Positions 45,684 to 57,287 of a stretch of DNA of 64,000 bases are shown piece after piece. Every line of letters starts with the position of its first letter. Position 1 is the stretch's first letter. The notes beneath the pieces were generated by a model. It worked only from the letters and a program-made list of their open reading frames with translations, was not told the origin of the DNA and made no database searches. Source of the DNA: Bacteroidota bacterium (GTDB lineage Bacteria; Bacteroidota; Ignavibacteria; UBA10030); assembly GCA_035286705.1 (NCBI GenBank), contig DATECW010000088.1, forward strand, positions 2,853 to 66,852. The letters are read 5' to 3'. The translations under genes were made by a program, and so were the position numbers.

Positions 45684-46064
45684 ATGAGAGTATATCTTCG
45701 TTCAAAAATCCACAAGGCGACTGTCACGGAAGCCGACCTTCATTACGTCGGCTCCATTTCGATTGACGAAGATCTTATGGACCATGCCGGGCTCGAGGAG
45801 TACGAGAAAGTACTTGTCGTCGACAACTCCAACGGGGCTCGAATTGAAACATACGTCATCAAGGGGCCGAGAGACTCAGGTATGATCGGAATCAACGGGG
45901 CGGCAGCTCACATGATTCACAAAGGTGACGAAGTCATCATCATGGCCTTTCAACTCACCGATAAGCGCCCTGCCAAACCTGTTAATGTACTGGTCGACAA
46001 GAAGAACAGATTCAAGCAATTCCTGTCTGAGAGGTCCGAAATGAGGGATACAGACGGCTGTTAA
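45684..46064 (+). CDS. panD: Aspartate 1-decarboxylase (pyruvoyl-dependent) PanD
   Basis: MRVYLRSKIHKATVTEADLHYVGSISID is a near-identical pattern to PanD, including the G-S self-cleavage site. 126 aa. Confidence 0.9.
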   Translation: MRVYLRSKIHKATVTEADLHYVGSISIDEDLMDHAGLEEYEKVLVVDNSNGARIETYVIKGPRDSGMIGINGAAAHMIHKGDEVIIMAFQLTDKRPAKPVNVLVDKKNRFKQFLSERSEMRDTDGC

Positions 46065-46083
46065 GTCCTTCGCGATGCAGTAA

Positions 46084-46119
46084 ACAAAAAAGGCGATCTG
46101 ACGATCGCCTTTTCTTTTT
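46084..46119. terminator. Bidirectional rho-independent terminator between panD (+) and bcd (-)
   Basis: acaaaaa AGGCGATC tgac GATCGCCT tttcttttt: an 8-bp perfect stem flanked by an A-run and a T-run. Confidence 0.8.
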
Positions 46120-46133
46120 CTCTTTGGATTTTG

Positions 46134-47273
46134 TTACTGGAGCATGGCTCGTGAAATAACCATGCGTTGGATTTCAGATGTGCCCTCATAAATCTCAGTT
46201 ATCTTCGCGTCTCTCAGGAACCGCTCCACCTTGTATTCCCGCATGTAGCCGTAGCCGCCATGGATCTGAATCGCTTCCAGGGCGGCGTTCACAGCGACCT
46301 TGGACGCATACAATTTGGCCATTGCCGCCGCAGTGCTAAAGCTCTGTCCCGCGTCCTTGAGGCGTGCCGCTTTGAGCGTCAGCTGACGTGCCGCTTCAAC
46401 AGCCGTTGCCATATCGGCAATCTTGAACTGAATTGCTTGAAACTCCGCAAGAAGATGGTCGAAGGCCTTTCTTTCCTTGCTGTAGGCAATCGAAGCATCC
46501 AAAGAAGCCTGGGCAATGCCCAGGGCCTGCGCGGCGATTCCGATTCTTCCCCCATCAAGGGTCTTAAAAGCGAACTTGATTCCAAATCCCTCTTCCTTGA
46601 TCAGATTCTCCTTCGGAATCTTACAGTCTTGAAATGCCAGCGAAACTGTATCAGAACTGCGGATTCCGAGTTTCCGCTCCTTCTTCGCGACGGAGAATCC
46701 TGATGTGCTCTTCTCGACAATAAAGGCGCTGACACCCCTCGATCCCTTTGTCTTGTCCGTCGACGCTGTGACAAGAACCACGTCGGCGTTGGCGCCATTG
46801 GTGGTGAAGTTCTTTGTTCCATTCAAGATGTAATGGTCGCCGTTTCGAACTGCAGTCGTTAGCTGGTTGGTTGCATCGCTGCCAGCCTCCGGCTCGGAGA
46901 GGGCAAACGCACCCAACTTTTTCCCCGAGGCGAGATCTTTCAGGTATTTTTCTTTCTGGTAGTCTGACCCGTACGTTTCCAACCCCCAGGTAACAAGGGA
47001 ATTATTCACCGACATAATGACACCTGCCGATGCATCGACCTTGGAGATTTCTTCGATGGCAAGAACATACGAAACGGTATCCAACCCCGCGCCGCCGTAT
47101 TTTTCCGAAACCATCATCCCCATGAATCCAAGCTCCCCAAGTTTCTTCACGGCTTCATACGGGAATTCTTCCTTCTCATCCCGTTCATCAGCAGAAGACG
47201 CCAATTCATCCTGCGCGAACTTCCTCGCCGTTTCTCTGATCATCTGCTGCGTTTCGTTGAATTCGAAATTCAT
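46134..47273 (-). CDS. bcd: Acyl-CoA dehydrogenase (short-chain/butyryl-CoA type)
   Basis: [24 protein letters not shown]... start. ACAD N-, middle- and C-domain length of 379 aa. Start moved to the internal Met, giving a 4-nt ATGA overlap with hbd. Confidence 0.85.
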   Translation of the reverse strand: MNFEFNETQQMIRETARKFAQDELASSADERDEKEEFPYEAVKKLGELGFMGMMVSEKYGGAGLDTVSYVLAIEEISKVDASAGVIMSVNNSLVTWGLETYGSDYQKEKYLKDLASGKKLGAFALSEPEAGSDATNQLTTAVRNGDHYILNGTKNFTTNGANADVVLVTASTDKTKGSRGVSAFIVEKSTSGFSVAKKERKLGIRSSDTVSLAFQDCKIPKENLIKEEGFGIKFAFKTLDGGRIGIAAQALGIAQASLDASIAYSKERKAFDHLLAEFQAIQFKIADMATAVEAARQLTLKAARLKDAGQSFSTAAAMAKLYASKVAVNAALEAIQIHGGYGYMREYKVERFLRDAKITEIYEGTSEIQRMVISRAMLQ

Positions 47274-48139
47274 TTCTTCACCTCGGCCGTCTGGGTGTAA
47301 TCGAAAAACCCCTTTCCGGATTTCCTGCCAAGGTGTCCCGCTGCGACCATTTTCTTCAACAGCGGACAGGGACGGTACTTCGAGTCGCCCAATCCCTGAT
47401 GAAGCACCTCCATGATAGAAAGGCACACATCGAGACCAATGAAGTCGGCCAAGGTTAACGGCCCCATCGGATGGTTCATCCCAAGCTTCATCACGGTGTC
47501 AATGGCTTCCGGCGAAGCGACACCCTCCATGACACAGTACATCGCTTCGTTCAGCATTGGAAGGAGCACCCTGTTGGACACGAATCCCGGATAATCGTTA
47601 ACCTCCACAGGAACCTTCTCGAGCCTTTCGGTCAATTCTTTTACAACCCCGAAGGTATCATTGGAAGTCGACAGCCCCCTGATAATTTCCACAAGTTTCA
47701 TGACAGGGACCGGATTCATGAAATGCATTCCCACAACCTTCTCCGGCCGCCTCGTGACCGCCGCGATCTCTGTTATCGAAATCGAGGATGTGTTGGAGGC
47801 CAGAATTGCTGCGGGCTTCGTGGACCGATCGACCGTCCGGAAAATGTCCTTCTTGATCGCATCGTTCTCGGTTGCCGCTTCAACCACCAGATCGGCCTCT
47901 TGACATGCCTGCTCAAGATTCGTGCTCGTTTTGATTCGATCGAGGGTCTGCTTCTTCTGATCCTCGCTCAACACGCCTTTCTTCATTTGCCGATCGAGGT
48001 TCGCCGTAATCGTCTTCATTGCGCGGTCGACAAATTCGGGCTTGATATCGCACAGCGTGACGGCAAAGCCGTATTGGGCAAACACATGGGCAATACCGTT
48101 GCCCATGGTTCCGGCCCCAATGACCGTTATGTTCTTCAT
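47270..48139 (-). CDS. hbd: 3-hydroxybutyryl-CoA dehydrogenase
   Basis: NAD-binding fold [16 protein letters not shown], then the 3HCDH C-domain. Confidence 0.85.
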   Translation of the reverse strand: MKNITVIGAGTMGNGIAHVFAQYGFAVTLCDIKPEFVDRAMKTITANLDRQMKKGVLSEDQKKQTLDRIKTSTNLEQACQEADLVVEAATENDAIKKDIFRTVDRSTKPAAILASNTSSISITEIAAVTRRPEKVVGMHFMNPVPVMKLVEIIRGLSTSNDTFGVVKELTERLEKVPVEVNDYPGFVSNRVLLPMLNEAMYCVMEGVASPEAIDTVMKLGMNHPMGPLTLADFIGLDVCLSIMEVLHQGLGDSKYRPCPLLKKMVAAGHLGRKSGKGFFDYTQTAEVKK

Positions 48140-48221
48140 CGATTGAGATATCATGGGATTGTCATTCTGTTGGTGGAAGTTGCTGGTCAATGTGACGTAT
48201 TCTGCAAACTGTGCCAGCCCG

Positions 48222-49397
48222 CTACGGACTCTCCACGATCATGCCGCTGGCCTCGCCTCCGCCGATGCAGATGGCAGCCATTCCGCGGCGCTTCTGATGT
48301 TGTTTCAATGCGTGCAAAAGAGTCACCAGAATCCTCGCACCGCTTGCGCCAATCGGATGGCCAAGTGCCACTGCCCCTCCGTTGACGTTGACTTTTTCGA
48401 TATCAAGTCCGAGGATCTTGTTAACGGCAAGAGAGACAACTGCAAAGGCCTCATTGATTTCGTACAAATCGATATCACTTTCTTTCAGGCCGGCCTTTTT
48501 GAGCGTTTTCGGAATAACATCGGCAGGAGCCGTGGTGAACCACTCCGGTTTCTTTGCGGCCGACGAAAATGCAACAATCTTTGCCAATGGTGTCAACCCG
48601 AGAGATTTCGCCTTATCGGCGGACATGACGACCACCGCCGCTGCACCGTCATTGATCTTGGAGGCATTGGCCGCGGTCACTGTTCCCTCTTTCTGAAATG
48701 CCGGCTTCAGCTTTGGAATTTTCTCAAAATTGGTCTTAAAGGGCTCCTCGTCCTTGTCCACGATGGTATCCCCTTCTTTCCCTTTGATCACCACCGCGAC
48801 GATCTCTTCTTTGAACAATCCCTTCTCGATTGCACCCTGTGCCCGCTTGTAGCTTGTGACGGCAAATTCGTCCTGCGCATCGCGTGGAATGGAACACTCC
48901 TTCGCACAAAGCTCCGCAGCATTCCCCATATGGAAATCGTTATAAACATCCCACAAACCGTCCTTCACCATGGAATCCAGTACCTGGCCATGCCCCATGC
49001 GATATCCGGTTCTTGCTTTGTCGAGCAAATAGGGCGTCTGAGACATGTTCTCCATCCCTCCCGCAACGATAACGTCGGCGTCGCCGAGCTGCACGGCTTG
49101 GGCCGCAAGCATCACTGCCTTGAGCCCTGATCCGCAAACCTTGTTGACCGTCATACATTCAACAGATTCCGGCAGTCCGGCAAAGAGTGCGGCCTGGCGT
49201 GCCGGTGCCTGGCCGATCCCGGCAGTCAGCACATTCCCCATGATCACTTCCTGGACATCCGTTTTCTTGATGCCCGCCCTCTTGACCGCTTCCTCAATAA
49301 CAATTGATCCCAGCCGGGGCGCCGAAAATGAACTGAGACTTCCCATGAACGATCCAATGGGAGTCCGGCAAGCACTTACAATGACTGCGTCTTTCAT
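48222..49397 (-). CDS. Acetyl-CoA C-acetyltransferase (thiolase II)
   Basis: [17 protein letters not shown]. Active-site Cys context [13 protein letters not shown]-terminal [11 protein letters not shown]...AICIGGGEA. Confidence 0.9.
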   Translation of the reverse strand: MKDAVIVSACRTPIGSFMGSLSSFSAPRLGSIVIEEAVKRAGIKKTDVQEVIMGNVLTAGIGQAPARQAALFAGLPESVECMTVNKVCGSGLKAVMLAAQAVQLGDADVIVAGGMENMSQTPYLLDKARTGYRMGHGQVLDSMVKDGLWDVYNDFHMGNAAELCAKECSIPRDAQDEFAVTSYKRAQGAIEKGLFKEEIVAVVIKGKEGDTIVDKDEEPFKTNFEKIPKLKPAFQKEGTVTAANASKINDGAAAVVVMSADKAKSLGLTPLAKIVAFSSAAKKPEWFTTAPADVIPKTLKKAGLKESDIDLYEINEAFAVVSLAVNKILGLDIEKVNVNGGAVALGHPIGASGARILVTLLHALKQHQKRRGMAAICIGGGEASGMIVESP

Positions 49398-49411
49398 AGC
49401 AGATCCTTGGC

Positions 49412-50662
49412 TTAGCTGTTCATCGATTTCAGGAATTCTTTATTGGACTTCGTTCCGCGCATTTTCTCCAGCAGAAACTCCATCGCCTCGATCGGACTGA
49501 GATCGCTCAGGAGCTTGCGCAGGATCCAGACGCGGTTCAGTTCCTCCGGTTCCAGGAGCATTTCTTCTTTTCTCGTCCCTGACCGGTAGTCGATTGCAGG
49601 GAAGACTCTCCGATCGCTCAGTTTTCTGTCGAGTACCACTTCACTGTTGCCGGTTCCCTTGAACTCTTCAAAAATCACCTCATCCATTCTGCTCCCTGTC
49701 TCAACCAGAGCAGTAGCAATGATCGTCAGGCTGCCCCCTTCTTCGATGTTCCTGGCTGCACCGAAGAATCTTTTCGGCCGGTGCAGGGCATTTGCGTCGA
49801 CACCGCCCGAGAGAATCTTTCCGCTATGCGGAACGACGGTATTATGTGCCCGGGCGAGCCGCGTAATACTGTCGAGCAGAACCACCACATCGTGTTTTGC
49901 TTCAACGAGACGCTTTGCCTTTTCCAGAACCATATCGGAGACCTGAACGTGACGCTCGGGCGGCTCGTCGAATGTGGAGCTCACCACCTCGGCATGCACA
50001 GTCCGTTCCATGTCGGTCACTTCTTCCGGACGTTCATCGATCAAAAGGACGATGAGCTTGATTTCCGGATGGTTCCGGGTGATGCTGTTTGCAATTTTCT
50101 GCAGGATTACTGTTTTTCCCGCCTTTGGAGGCGAAACGATCATCCCCCTCTGCCCCTTTCCAAGAGGTGCGAGGAGGTCGAGAATGCGCATGGAATATTC
50201 CCCCGGAGCAGTTTCGAGCTTGATCCGGCCTGTCGGATACAAGGGAGTGAGGTTGTCGAACAGAACGCGCTCACGAATGACATCAGGATGGTCATCGTTG
50301 ACTGCTTCAACTCGCAGGAGAGCGAAGAACCGTTCACCCTCTTTCGGAGGTCTCACCTGACCGCTGACGCTATCGCCTGTTCGAAGACCGAATTTCTTGA
50401 TTTGGGATGGGGAAACATAGATATCGTCAGGCGAAGGAAGATAGTTGTAGTCGACCGAGCGAAGGAAGCCGTAGCCGTCGGGCAAGACTTCCAACACACC
50501 TTTGCTGAAAGTCAATCCGTCTTTTTCGGTCTGCGCCTCCAGGATCTTGAAGATCAATTCCTGTTTACGCATATCGCTGTAGCCGATGATATTCATCTCT
50601 TTCGCGATGGAATTCAGTTCGGCGATTTTTTTGGACTTCAGTTCAGTGATGTCCATGGGCAT
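49412..50662 (-). CDS. rho: Transcription termination factor Rho
   Basis: N-terminal Rho_N ([18 protein letters not shown]), CSD, and P-loop [12 protein letters not shown]. 416 aa. Confidence 0.9.
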   Translation of the reverse strand: MPMDITELKSKKIAELNSIAKEMNIIGYSDMRKQELIFKILEAQTEKDGLTFSKGVLEVLPDGYGFLRSVDYNYLPSPDDIYVSPSQIKKFGLRTGDSVSGQVRPPKEGERFFALLRVEAVNDDHPDVIRERVLFDNLTPLYPTGRIKLETAPGEYSMRILDLLAPLGKGQRGMIVSPPKAGKTVILQKIANSITRNHPEIKLIVLLIDERPEEVTDMERTVHAEVVSSTFDEPPERHVQVSDMVLEKAKRLVEAKHDVVVLLDSITRLARAHNTVVPHSGKILSGGVDANALHRPKRFFGAARNIEEGGSLTIIATALVETGSRMDEVIFEEFKGTGNSEVVLDRKLSDRRVFPAIDYRSGTRKEEMLLEPEELNRVWILRKLLSDLSPIEAMEFLLEKMRGTKSNKEFLKSMNS

Positions 50663-50831
50663 GGCGTGAAGACCTTACAATGGTGGAAGGATAGAACGAT
50701 CAAGAAAATCTTGGGGGATAGAAATGGATCCGTTGGAGATCGTTGAAATTCGGTTGGGATTAGTGAACTATGAAGTGCGCTGGATGGAAAAACGAAATGG
50801 GGCACCCACTTCTGAAGGAGAATATACCCGA

Positions 50832-52175
50832 TTACTGGTTGATTGTCAAGTATTTTTTCCCCTCCAGAAATGCCAGCGCTTCCCCAACCACGAAGTGCGA
50901 TCCGGTCACAAGCACCGTACCAACCGATCCCGCTTTCTTCATCGCGAACGTGATTCCATCGCGGACTGAACCCGTGAAGAGGACCGGTACATCAACCTCT
51001 TTGAATTGCCGTTTCAACACCGTTGCTTCTTGTGCACGTTCGGTCGCGGGCTGCACCAAGATGGCACACGATGAAACCTCTCGCAGTGTTGCGACCATGG
51101 GATGAAACTTCTTGTCTTTCATGACGCCGAAAACGAGAATGGTTTTTACAATCCCAAGCCGCTTCAGTTCCTTCACCAGCGTTTTGATGCCCGCTGGATT
51201 GTGGGCAACGTCCATTATGATTCGAGGCTTGGCGTGAACCACCGAGAGCCGGGAACGCAGTCCCGTCCGCGCTTGAACCTCAGCAAGGCCCTCTCGGATG
51301 CTTTCGTCGGAAATTCTGACAACTCCTCTGCTTTCAAGCACGCGAATAACGAGCAGCGCGATACGGGCGTTTTCAACCTGATGATATCCGGGGAGATCAA
51401 GGAACAAATCCCTGTATGATTTCCCTTGGAGGCCGATGTCCACGCAAGTCCCACGTATCGATTGATTCTTGACGCGCGTTCGCACGCGGTTCGAATGCAG
51501 AATGGGAGCTTTCTGTGCACGGGCTGCGGCACGGATAACATCGAGAGCCCTTCGCGACCTGACCCCCGTAATGCAGGGTATCCCGGGCTTGATGATCCCC
51601 GCTTTCTCATACGCAATAGTGCCGATCAGGTTTCCAAGAATCTCCGTGTGTTCCCTGCTGATCGTCGTGATAACCGATGCCTCAGGCTGAATCACATTTG
51701 TTGCATCGAGTCTTCCACCCAACCCGGTCTCGACAACGACAATGTCCGTTTTCTGTTCGGCAAAATACTTGAAGGCCAGCGCTGTGGTTGTTTCAAAAAA
51801 TGTCACTTCGTCGCGATTGACCATCTTTCTCAACAGGCCGACAAGCCGAACGATATCCGATGGCGCGATCGGACGGCCGTTGATGCGAATTCTCTCGCGA
51901 AACGAAACGAGATGAGGCGATGTATAGAGGCCCGTTCTGTACCCGGCAGCGGAAAGAATTGCGGCAATCATAGCCGCGGTGGATCCCTTTCCATTCGAGC
52001 CGGCTACATGAATCGAGCGGAAGTTGCTTTCAGGATTGCCGAGTCTGAGAAGCAGCCTGCGAATGTTCCGCAGACCGAATTTCATTCCGCTCTTTTGCAG
52101 TCCGTACAGGAAAGCAATGGCATCATCGAACGAATTCAAAAGGGACTCGCCTTGTGAGGAAGGATTCACAGCCAC
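50832..52175 (-). CDS. folC: Bifunctional folylpolyglutamate synthase / dihydrofolate synthase
   Basis: HVAGSNGKGSTAAMIAAIL P-loop and Mur ligase middle/C domains. Confidence 0.8.
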   Translation of the reverse strand: MAVNPSSQGESLLNSFDDAIAFLYGLQKSGMKFGLRNIRRLLLRLGNPESNFRSIHVAGSNGKGSTAAMIAAILSAAGYRTGLYTSPHLVSFRERIRINGRPIAPSDIVRLVGLLRKMVNRDEVTFFETTTALAFKYFAEQKTDIVVVETGLGGRLDATNVIQPEASVITTISREHTEILGNLIGTIAYEKAGIIKPGIPCITGVRSRRALDVIRAAARAQKAPILHSNRVRTRVKNQSIRGTCVDIGLQGKSYRDLFLDLPGYHQVENARIALLVIRVLESRGVVRISDESIREGLAEVQARTGLRSRLSVVHAKPRIIMDVAHNPAGIKTLVKELKRLGIVKTILVFGVMKDKKFHPMVATLREVSSCAILVQPATERAQEATVLKRQFKEVDVPVLFTGSVRDGITFAMKKAGSVGTVLVTGSHFVVGEALAFLEGKKYLTINQ

Positions 52176-53107
52176 GACTGAAGCACGGAAAACTCAACAT
52201 TTGCATCGAGAGCCCCGACGAGTTCTCCCGCGTCCTTGAGCCCGGACTGCCTGCAGTATGCTTCAATCCCTTGCGCCACTTGAACGCCGGTAGTCGGATC
52301 AATGAAATTCGCAGTGCCAACCTGAACGGCACTCGCCCCCACGAGGAGAAACTCGATCGCATCTTCGGCCGAGGAGATCCCTCCGATGCCGATCACGGGA
52401 ATATCAACCACCTGTGCAGCCTCATACACTTTTGCAAGGGCGATGGGCCTGATCGCCGGTCCCGAAAGCCCGCCCGTGACAGTCGAGAGTTTCGGTTTTC
52501 TGGTTTTGATGTCAACCGCCATGCCAATCAGGGTATTGATGAGGGAAATTGCATCCGCACCCGAATCCTCCACAGCCTTCGCAAACTCAGAGACATGAGT
52601 GACATTGGGCGTGAGCTTGATGATCAGCGGCTTCTCCGTCAACGCCCGAAGCCGCGCTGTCATCTCGGCTGTCTTGGAACAATCCGCCCCGAAGCTGAGC
52701 CCTCCCTCCTTGACATTGGGACAGGAAACATTGATTTCAAATGCATCGATGCCCTCTTGCTCATCCAGCAGACGCAACACGTCACAGTATTCATCAAAGG
52801 AGCTGGCAGCGATGTTGACGACAATGGTCGTATCGAGAGTACGCAGATACGGCAGTTTCTTCTCGATGAACGCATGGACCCCGACGTTTGCCAGACCGAT
52901 CGAGTTCAGCATTCCGCTTGGAGTTTCGGCGATTCTCCTCGGCGGATTGCCGTCGCGCGGTTTCCATGAGAGAGATTTGGTCACAATCCCGCCAAGCCCC
53001 GCGACATCCACAAGCTCCTTCACCTCATCGCCATACCCGAACGTGCCCGATGCGACAAGAACCCTGTTCTTGAATTCCACGTTCCTTATTGAAAAGGCAG
53101 TTTTCAT
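52166..53107 (-). CDS. pyrD: Dihydroorotate dehydrogenase catalytic subunit (class 1B)
   Basis: NRVLVASGTFGYG...GGIVTKSL...NVSCPNV...GGISSAEDAIEFLLVGASAVQVGTA. Confidence 0.85.
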   Translation of the reverse strand: MKTAFSIRNVEFKNRVLVASGTFGYGDEVKELVDVAGLGGIVTKSLSWKPRDGNPPRRIAETPSGMLNSIGLANVGVHAFIEKKLPYLRTLDTTIVVNIAASSFDEYCDVLRLLDEQEGIDAFEINVSCPNVKEGGLSFGADCSKTAEMTARLRALTEKPLIIKLTPNVTHVSEFAKAVEDSGADAISLINTLIGMAVDIKTRKPKLSTVTGGLSGPAIRPIALAKVYEAAQVVDIPVIGIGGISSAEDAIEFLLVGASAVQVGTANFIDPTTGVQVAQGIEAYCRQSGLKDAGELVGALDANVEFSVLQSWL

Positions 53108-53874
53108 TATCCCAGAATCACGTCACGAGAATTGAAGGTCGGTCCCTCCACGCACACGAGAGAGTATTTCTTTTCGCCTGAGGCACGCTCAACGGGGCAA
53201 CCCTGGCAAATTCCTATGCCGCATGCCATCTCTCCCTCAAGGGAGAGCTCGCACTCAATGTCTTTGCTCCCGGCGAAATCGCTCAGTGCTTTCATCATGC
53301 GCGTCGGGCCGCATCCGAAAATCTTGGCTTTCGCCGGCTTCTCCGTATTCCAGAACTCCTCGAGCAGCTGTACCACCGTTCCCCGGAATCCCAGCGATCC
53401 GTCATCCGTGGCGACATGAACGTTCACGAGATATTTCTCAGTCAGGTGAGCCGCCGTGCGCGCGCCCAGAAACGATTGGACCTTTTTGCGGCCTTTCCGA
53501 AGAGCACCCGTCAGCAGAGGAAACGGCGCCACACCAAGTCCGCCGGCAACGATCACCGCCAGGTCATATTCCCCTTCGACCCGGAACGGAACGCCCAAAG
53601 GACCGAGAATATTCAGCTCATCGCCGACCCTTTTTCCCGCAAGAATTTCAGTACCGCGACCCACGACATTGAAGAGAATCTCAAGAGTGTCCCCCTCGAC
53701 TCTGGAAACGCTGAATGGCCGCCGCAAGAGCGGTGAAGTCTCATGGTCGATCCGGATATTGAGGAACTGGCCCGGACGGGTCATGCGCGCAATCTCACGC
53801 GCATCCAGTGAAAGCGCGAAGAGTCCCTCCGCTCTTTGTTCCCGCGATACAATTCTCACATCCTGTAAACGCAT
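53107..53874 (-). CDS. pyrK: Dihydroorotate dehydrogenase electron-transfer subunit
   Basis: FAD/NAD-binding fold (RPFSVS, GGLGVAPF). C-terminal 2Fe-2S Cys cluster CGIGICQGC. Confidence 0.8.
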   Translation of the reverse strand: MRLQDVRIVSREQRAEGLFALSLDAREIARMTRPGQFLNIRIDHETSPLLRRPFSVSRVEGDTLEILFNVVGRGTEILAGKRVGDELNILGPLGVPFRVEGEYDLAVIVAGGLGVAPFPLLTGALRKGRKKVQSFLGARTAAHLTEKYLVNVHVATDDGSLGFRGTVVQLLEEFWNTEKPAKAKIFGCGPTRMMKALSDFAGSKDIECELSLEGEMACGIGICQGCPVERASGEKKYSLVCVEGPTFNSRDVILG

Positions 53875-53908
53875 GCTGGTCTTTCAATCCGATGTTCTCC
53901 GCCCTTCT

Positions 53909-55855
53909 TCATTCCTCCCGCTTCGACGATTTCTTCCCCTCCAGAGGAGCTCCCGTGGAGGTTGTATCGGTACGCGATAGCTGAATTGCGCGAATGCGCG
54001 GACGGACACGCGCAGCATAAGGACTGGAAGAATAGGTTTGCAGCAAAACAGTGTACTGATTCAGCGCGCTGTCCGGCTGGGAAAGCCGATGTTCATACAG
54101 CCAACCTACCGTATAGGCGCTTTTTGCGGCAAAAGGAGAAAGCGGAAAGTCTGATGTGATCTTCTTAAGCGTACTTATTGCCTGAGAGTAGTTGCCCGAA
54201 TCAATTGTCGCTTCGGCTTTCTTGTAGAGCATCTCGCTGTCATCCGATTCGGTTGGCTCGAGAGGGACGCCAAGCTGGATCTTTGCTCTCATCGCATAGA
54301 CAGACTTCGGGTAGGTTTCAATGATCGAGCGCAACAGCGCGTTGCCATCGCCATACCCCCTGGACGCGTTGGAGAGCGCTAACTCTGCAAGAATATACGT
54401 GATGCGGGGAGTTCTCACACTATCGTCTATCCCCTTCAGTGCCTCTTTATACCAGAATACGGCCGAATCGGGATTCTCAATGTCGATGTAAAACAGTTCA
54501 CCCATTTCATAGCAATTCACCGCGAAAGCAGACCGGAGCGAGTCGAGATTGAGCCGCGGAGTTGTTGCCGCTGTCGTATCGAGGGGCAGACTATCGGCGA
54601 GAGATTCGACAGCAATCACGCTGTCAAGTTTCGCTCGGGCATCGTTCAGAGAAAAATACCGAGTGAATCCCGATTGTTTCCTTCGCGCTTCAGCAATGAA
54701 CTCGGGGACCGGGAAGGCAGTTGACCGCCCATAGGAATCACGAGCAGCGCGATAGTCGCCTTTCGTATACTCAGACAATCTGGCAAGTTCAAAAGAAGCC
54801 TTTGACCCGAGCTCTGACCGACCCGACGTTGTGTCCACTTCCGTAAAATCGTCCACGGCAAGCTCGATCTGTCCCCCTAGCCTGTACGTAACTCCCCGTT
54901 CAAAGACTATTTCCCTGGAATTCTGTGCAAAACGAAAGTTGTCCAGCATCTCATTCAACCTGCCCAGAGATTCATCGAGCCGGCCCAAGGATCGCAACGT
55001 ACGAATGTACTCAAGATGGCATCGGTACTGGATTTGACGATCGTCGGTGTTTTCCGCGGCACGTCGAAACATCTCGGCGGCGTCTTCAGGTTGATTGAGA
55101 ACAATTTTTTGTTCGCCGGCCCTGAAGAGCGCCCATGCCCGTGTTTCGTCATCCGCGCCGAGTTCCTTCAACCGATCATACATCGCCAGCGACCGGTCAT
55201 GCCGGTTCACCCGTTCGTAGAGAACGCCCAGGACGTCTGAGACTGCGGCAGCAAGATCAGTTTCATCTCCCGCCTCCGTCTGCGGAAGGAGAAATTCTCC
55301 CTCCTCGATCGCCTGGTCATCCTTTTTCAGGCGGGCGAGGGTCTTGATGTACCAGAGGCGCGCTTCGAAATTCAGCGGGGAATTCGGATAGACGGAAAAA
55401 AATTCTGTGAATTTCCTCTCGGCTTTCAGATAGTCGCCCTGGTAGTAATAGGATTTCCCGATCAGCATCAATGCATCATCGACGAGAGCGCTCGAAGGAT
55501 AGAACTGGAGGATATTCGAGCATTTGTCGATGACGATGGTCAACCGCGGCCGCGTTGTGTTCGGCAACGGTTGGGGTTTGTCGGTAAATCCCCGAATGCC
55601 GGAAAGCTGATCGGCCGCAGCAATCTCAGCCTCGGCATCATCAAATGCGCGGCGGGCGTTGTAGTATGAATTGAAATATGCAACGGTGTTCTGATAGCCG
55701 TCGGAGATCGAGTCTCCGACCGAACTGAAAAATGAACAACCATTGAAGAACGACAGGGTCAACAGGAGGATGGAAAAGAGGAAGCGAAATACTGGGAACG
55801 ATCTCATTGCACCATTCAAGATATTGAAAAAGCCGCTGCTTATCAAGTCACTCAC
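53909..55855 (-). CDS. TPR-repeat protein (648 aa), likely lipoprotein/periplasmic
   Basis: N-terminal hydrophobic segment with Cys (LSFFNGCSFF). Multiple TPR-like helical repeats throughout. Its stop overlaps the SDR start by 4 nt. Confidence 0.6.
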   Translation of the reverse strand: MSDLISSGFFNILNGAMRSFPVFRFLFSILLLTLSFFNGCSFFSSVGDSISDGYQNTVAYFNSYYNARRAFDDAEAEIAAADQLSGIRGFTDKPQPLPNTTRPRLTIVIDKCSNILQFYPSSALVDDALMLIGKSYYYQGDYLKAERKFTEFFSVYPNSPLNFEARLWYIKTLARLKKDDQAIEEGEFLLPQTEAGDETDLAAAVSDVLGVLYERVNRHDRSLAMYDRLKELGADDETRAWALFRAGEQKIVLNQPEDAAEMFRRAAENTDDRQIQYRCHLEYIRTLRSLGRLDESLGRLNEMLDNFRFAQNSREIVFERGVTYRLGGQIELAVDDFTEVDTTSGRSELGSKASFELARLSEYTKGDYRAARDSYGRSTAFPVPEFIAEARRKQSGFTRYFSLNDARAKLDSVIAVESLADSLPLDTTAATTPRLNLDSLRSAFAVNCYEMGELFYIDIENPDSAVFWYKEALKGIDDSVRTPRITYILAELALSNASRGYGDGNALLRSIIETYPKSVYAMRAKIQLGVPLEPTESDDSEMLYKKAEATIDSGNYSQAISTLKKITSDFPLSPFAAKSAYTVGWLYEHRLSQPDSALNQYTVLLQTYSSSPYAARVRPRIRAIQLSRTDTTSTGAPLEGKKSSKREE

Positions 55856-56559
55856 GGCCTGGTCGGTCGGATATCAATTTCGCTTATCATGGCCCGATCC
55901 GGCATGGTAACAGCGAGGAGAACCGTATCGGCAACATCCTGCGGTGAGAGAATTCTCTGCGCTTTGTCAGGATCCCGCTGCGGGGAAAACGTCGTATCTA
56001 CCGATCCCGGTGAGATCGTCACGACACGGATATTATGGTCGCGTTCCTCAAGCATGAGACATCGGGAAAATCCGAGCAATGCCCATTTCGTTGAGGCGTA
56101 TCCTGCTCCCCCAACAAACGCGTTCTTTCCCGCGAGTGATGATATATTAACAATGACTCCCCGCTTGTCCCTTTCCATAGCCTGGATGGCAAGTTTCGTA
56201 CAATGGACCACTGCCCTCACGTTCAGCCTCCACATCTCATCCAGGTCGTTCATCGTGAGGCTTCGGACCGGTGCGAATCTTCCAATACCCGCGTTGTTGA
56301 CGAGGATGTCGATTCGGCCGTGGCGTTCGGTGATGTCCCTGAAAACCCGCTCGGCGGCAGCGTCGTCGGTAATATCTGCTTCGGCAGTCTCTGCCTTTCC
56401 GCCGCGTTCTTCAATCTCTCTCCGAACAGCGTCCAACTCTTTCCCGGATCTGGAGTTCAGGACAACCAAAGCACCTTCTGCCGAGAGAGAAATGGCGATT
56501 GCCCTTCCTATCCCCCTGCCGGCACCCGTAACGAGTGCGATCGTGCCCTCCAGTTTCAT
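55852..56559 (-). CDS. SDR family oxidoreductase (candidate pterin/sepiapterin reductase 1)
   Basis: TGAGRGIGRAIAISL Rossmann motif. Y/K catalytic context (GYASTKWAL). Start moved to MKLEG. Confidence 0.75.
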   Translation of the reverse strand: MKLEGTIALVTGAGRGIGRAIAISLSAEGALVVLNSRSGKELDAVRREIEERGGKAETAEADITDDAAAERVFRDITERHGRIDILVNNAGIGRFAPVRSLTMNDLDEMWRLNVRAVVHCTKLAIQAMERDKRGVIVNISSLAGKNAFVGGAGYASTKWALLGFSRCLMLEERDHNIRVVTISPGSVDTTFSPQRDPDKAQRILSPQDVADTVLLAVTMPDRAMISEIDIRPTRP

Positions 56560-57287
56560 ATTTTCAGATCTCCAAGTTGCGGACGAAAAGCGATTTCTTC
56601 CACCATCATGGAAACCGGCATGCCAGCCGTCGCAACAATGAACTCGGCAACATCTTCCGGCCTCATCATCCGATGTTTGAAACGCGAACGGGCTTTCACG
56701 CTCCACATCGGCGTCACTGAAGCCCCGGGATAGACGTTGACAACCTTGATGTTCTTGTCCCGAACCTCCTCCCGAAGAACACTCATCATGGCGGCCCCGG
56801 CAGATTTCGACGCCGCATAGACACTCGAACCGGTGTAAACAGTCTTCGCCGCATACGAGAGGATGTTGATGATAAGACCCCTCCGCATTTTGAGCATCGA
56901 AGGAAGAACAGCTGAGGTCAAGAGAAACATACCCCTCACGTTTGTCTCCATCACATGGTCGAACTCTTTCGGCGTCATTGAAATGAAATCCTTGAAGTAC
57001 GTCACTCCGGCATTATTCACCAGGATATCAACCTTACCCAACCGCGCGACTTTCCTTGCGGCCGCTCGGATGCTCGCTTCACTGCGAACGTCACACTGCA
57101 CGGGAATGAAGTCGCCGCCCGACCGACTGATTCTGTTTGCCAAAGTCTTTAAGCGCGCGGCGTTCCTCCCGTACCCTATCACCACGTCCCCTTCACACGC
57201 AAACCTGCGTGCAAGGGCTTCTCCAATACCTGATCCCGCCCCTGAAACAAGAACGATACGCGTGGTTCTTTGATCCCTACTTGGCAA
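56556..57287 (-). CDS. SDR family oxidoreductase (paralog 2)
   Basis: [13 protein letters not shown] Rossmann motif. SVYAASKSA catalytic YxxxK. Overlaps the neighbouring genes by 4 and 11 nt. Confidence 0.75.
   Translation of the reverse strand: MPSRDQRTTRIVLVSGAGSGIGEALARRFACEGDVVIGYGRNAARLKTLANRISRSGGDFIPVQCDVRSEASIRAAARKVARLGKVDILVNNAGVTYFKDFISMTPKEFDHVMETNVRGMFLLTSAVLPSMLKMRRGLIINILSYAAKTVYTGSSVYAASKSAGAAMMSVLREEVRDKNIKVVNVYPGASVTPMWSVKARSRFKHRMMRPEDVAEFIVATAGMPVSMMVEEIAFRPQLGDLKI

Noticed and set aside
46134-49397. bcd-hbd-thiolase as a complete butyrate fermentation locus
   Set aside because: No crotonase, etfAB or butyrate kinase/CoA-transferase in the cluster. Treated as generic short-chain beta-oxidation/PHB-related genes.
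50663-50831. Long untranslated region upstream of rho as a riboswitch
   Set aside because: Rho genes commonly have long autoregulatory leaders. No recognisable riboswitch core sequence was seen.
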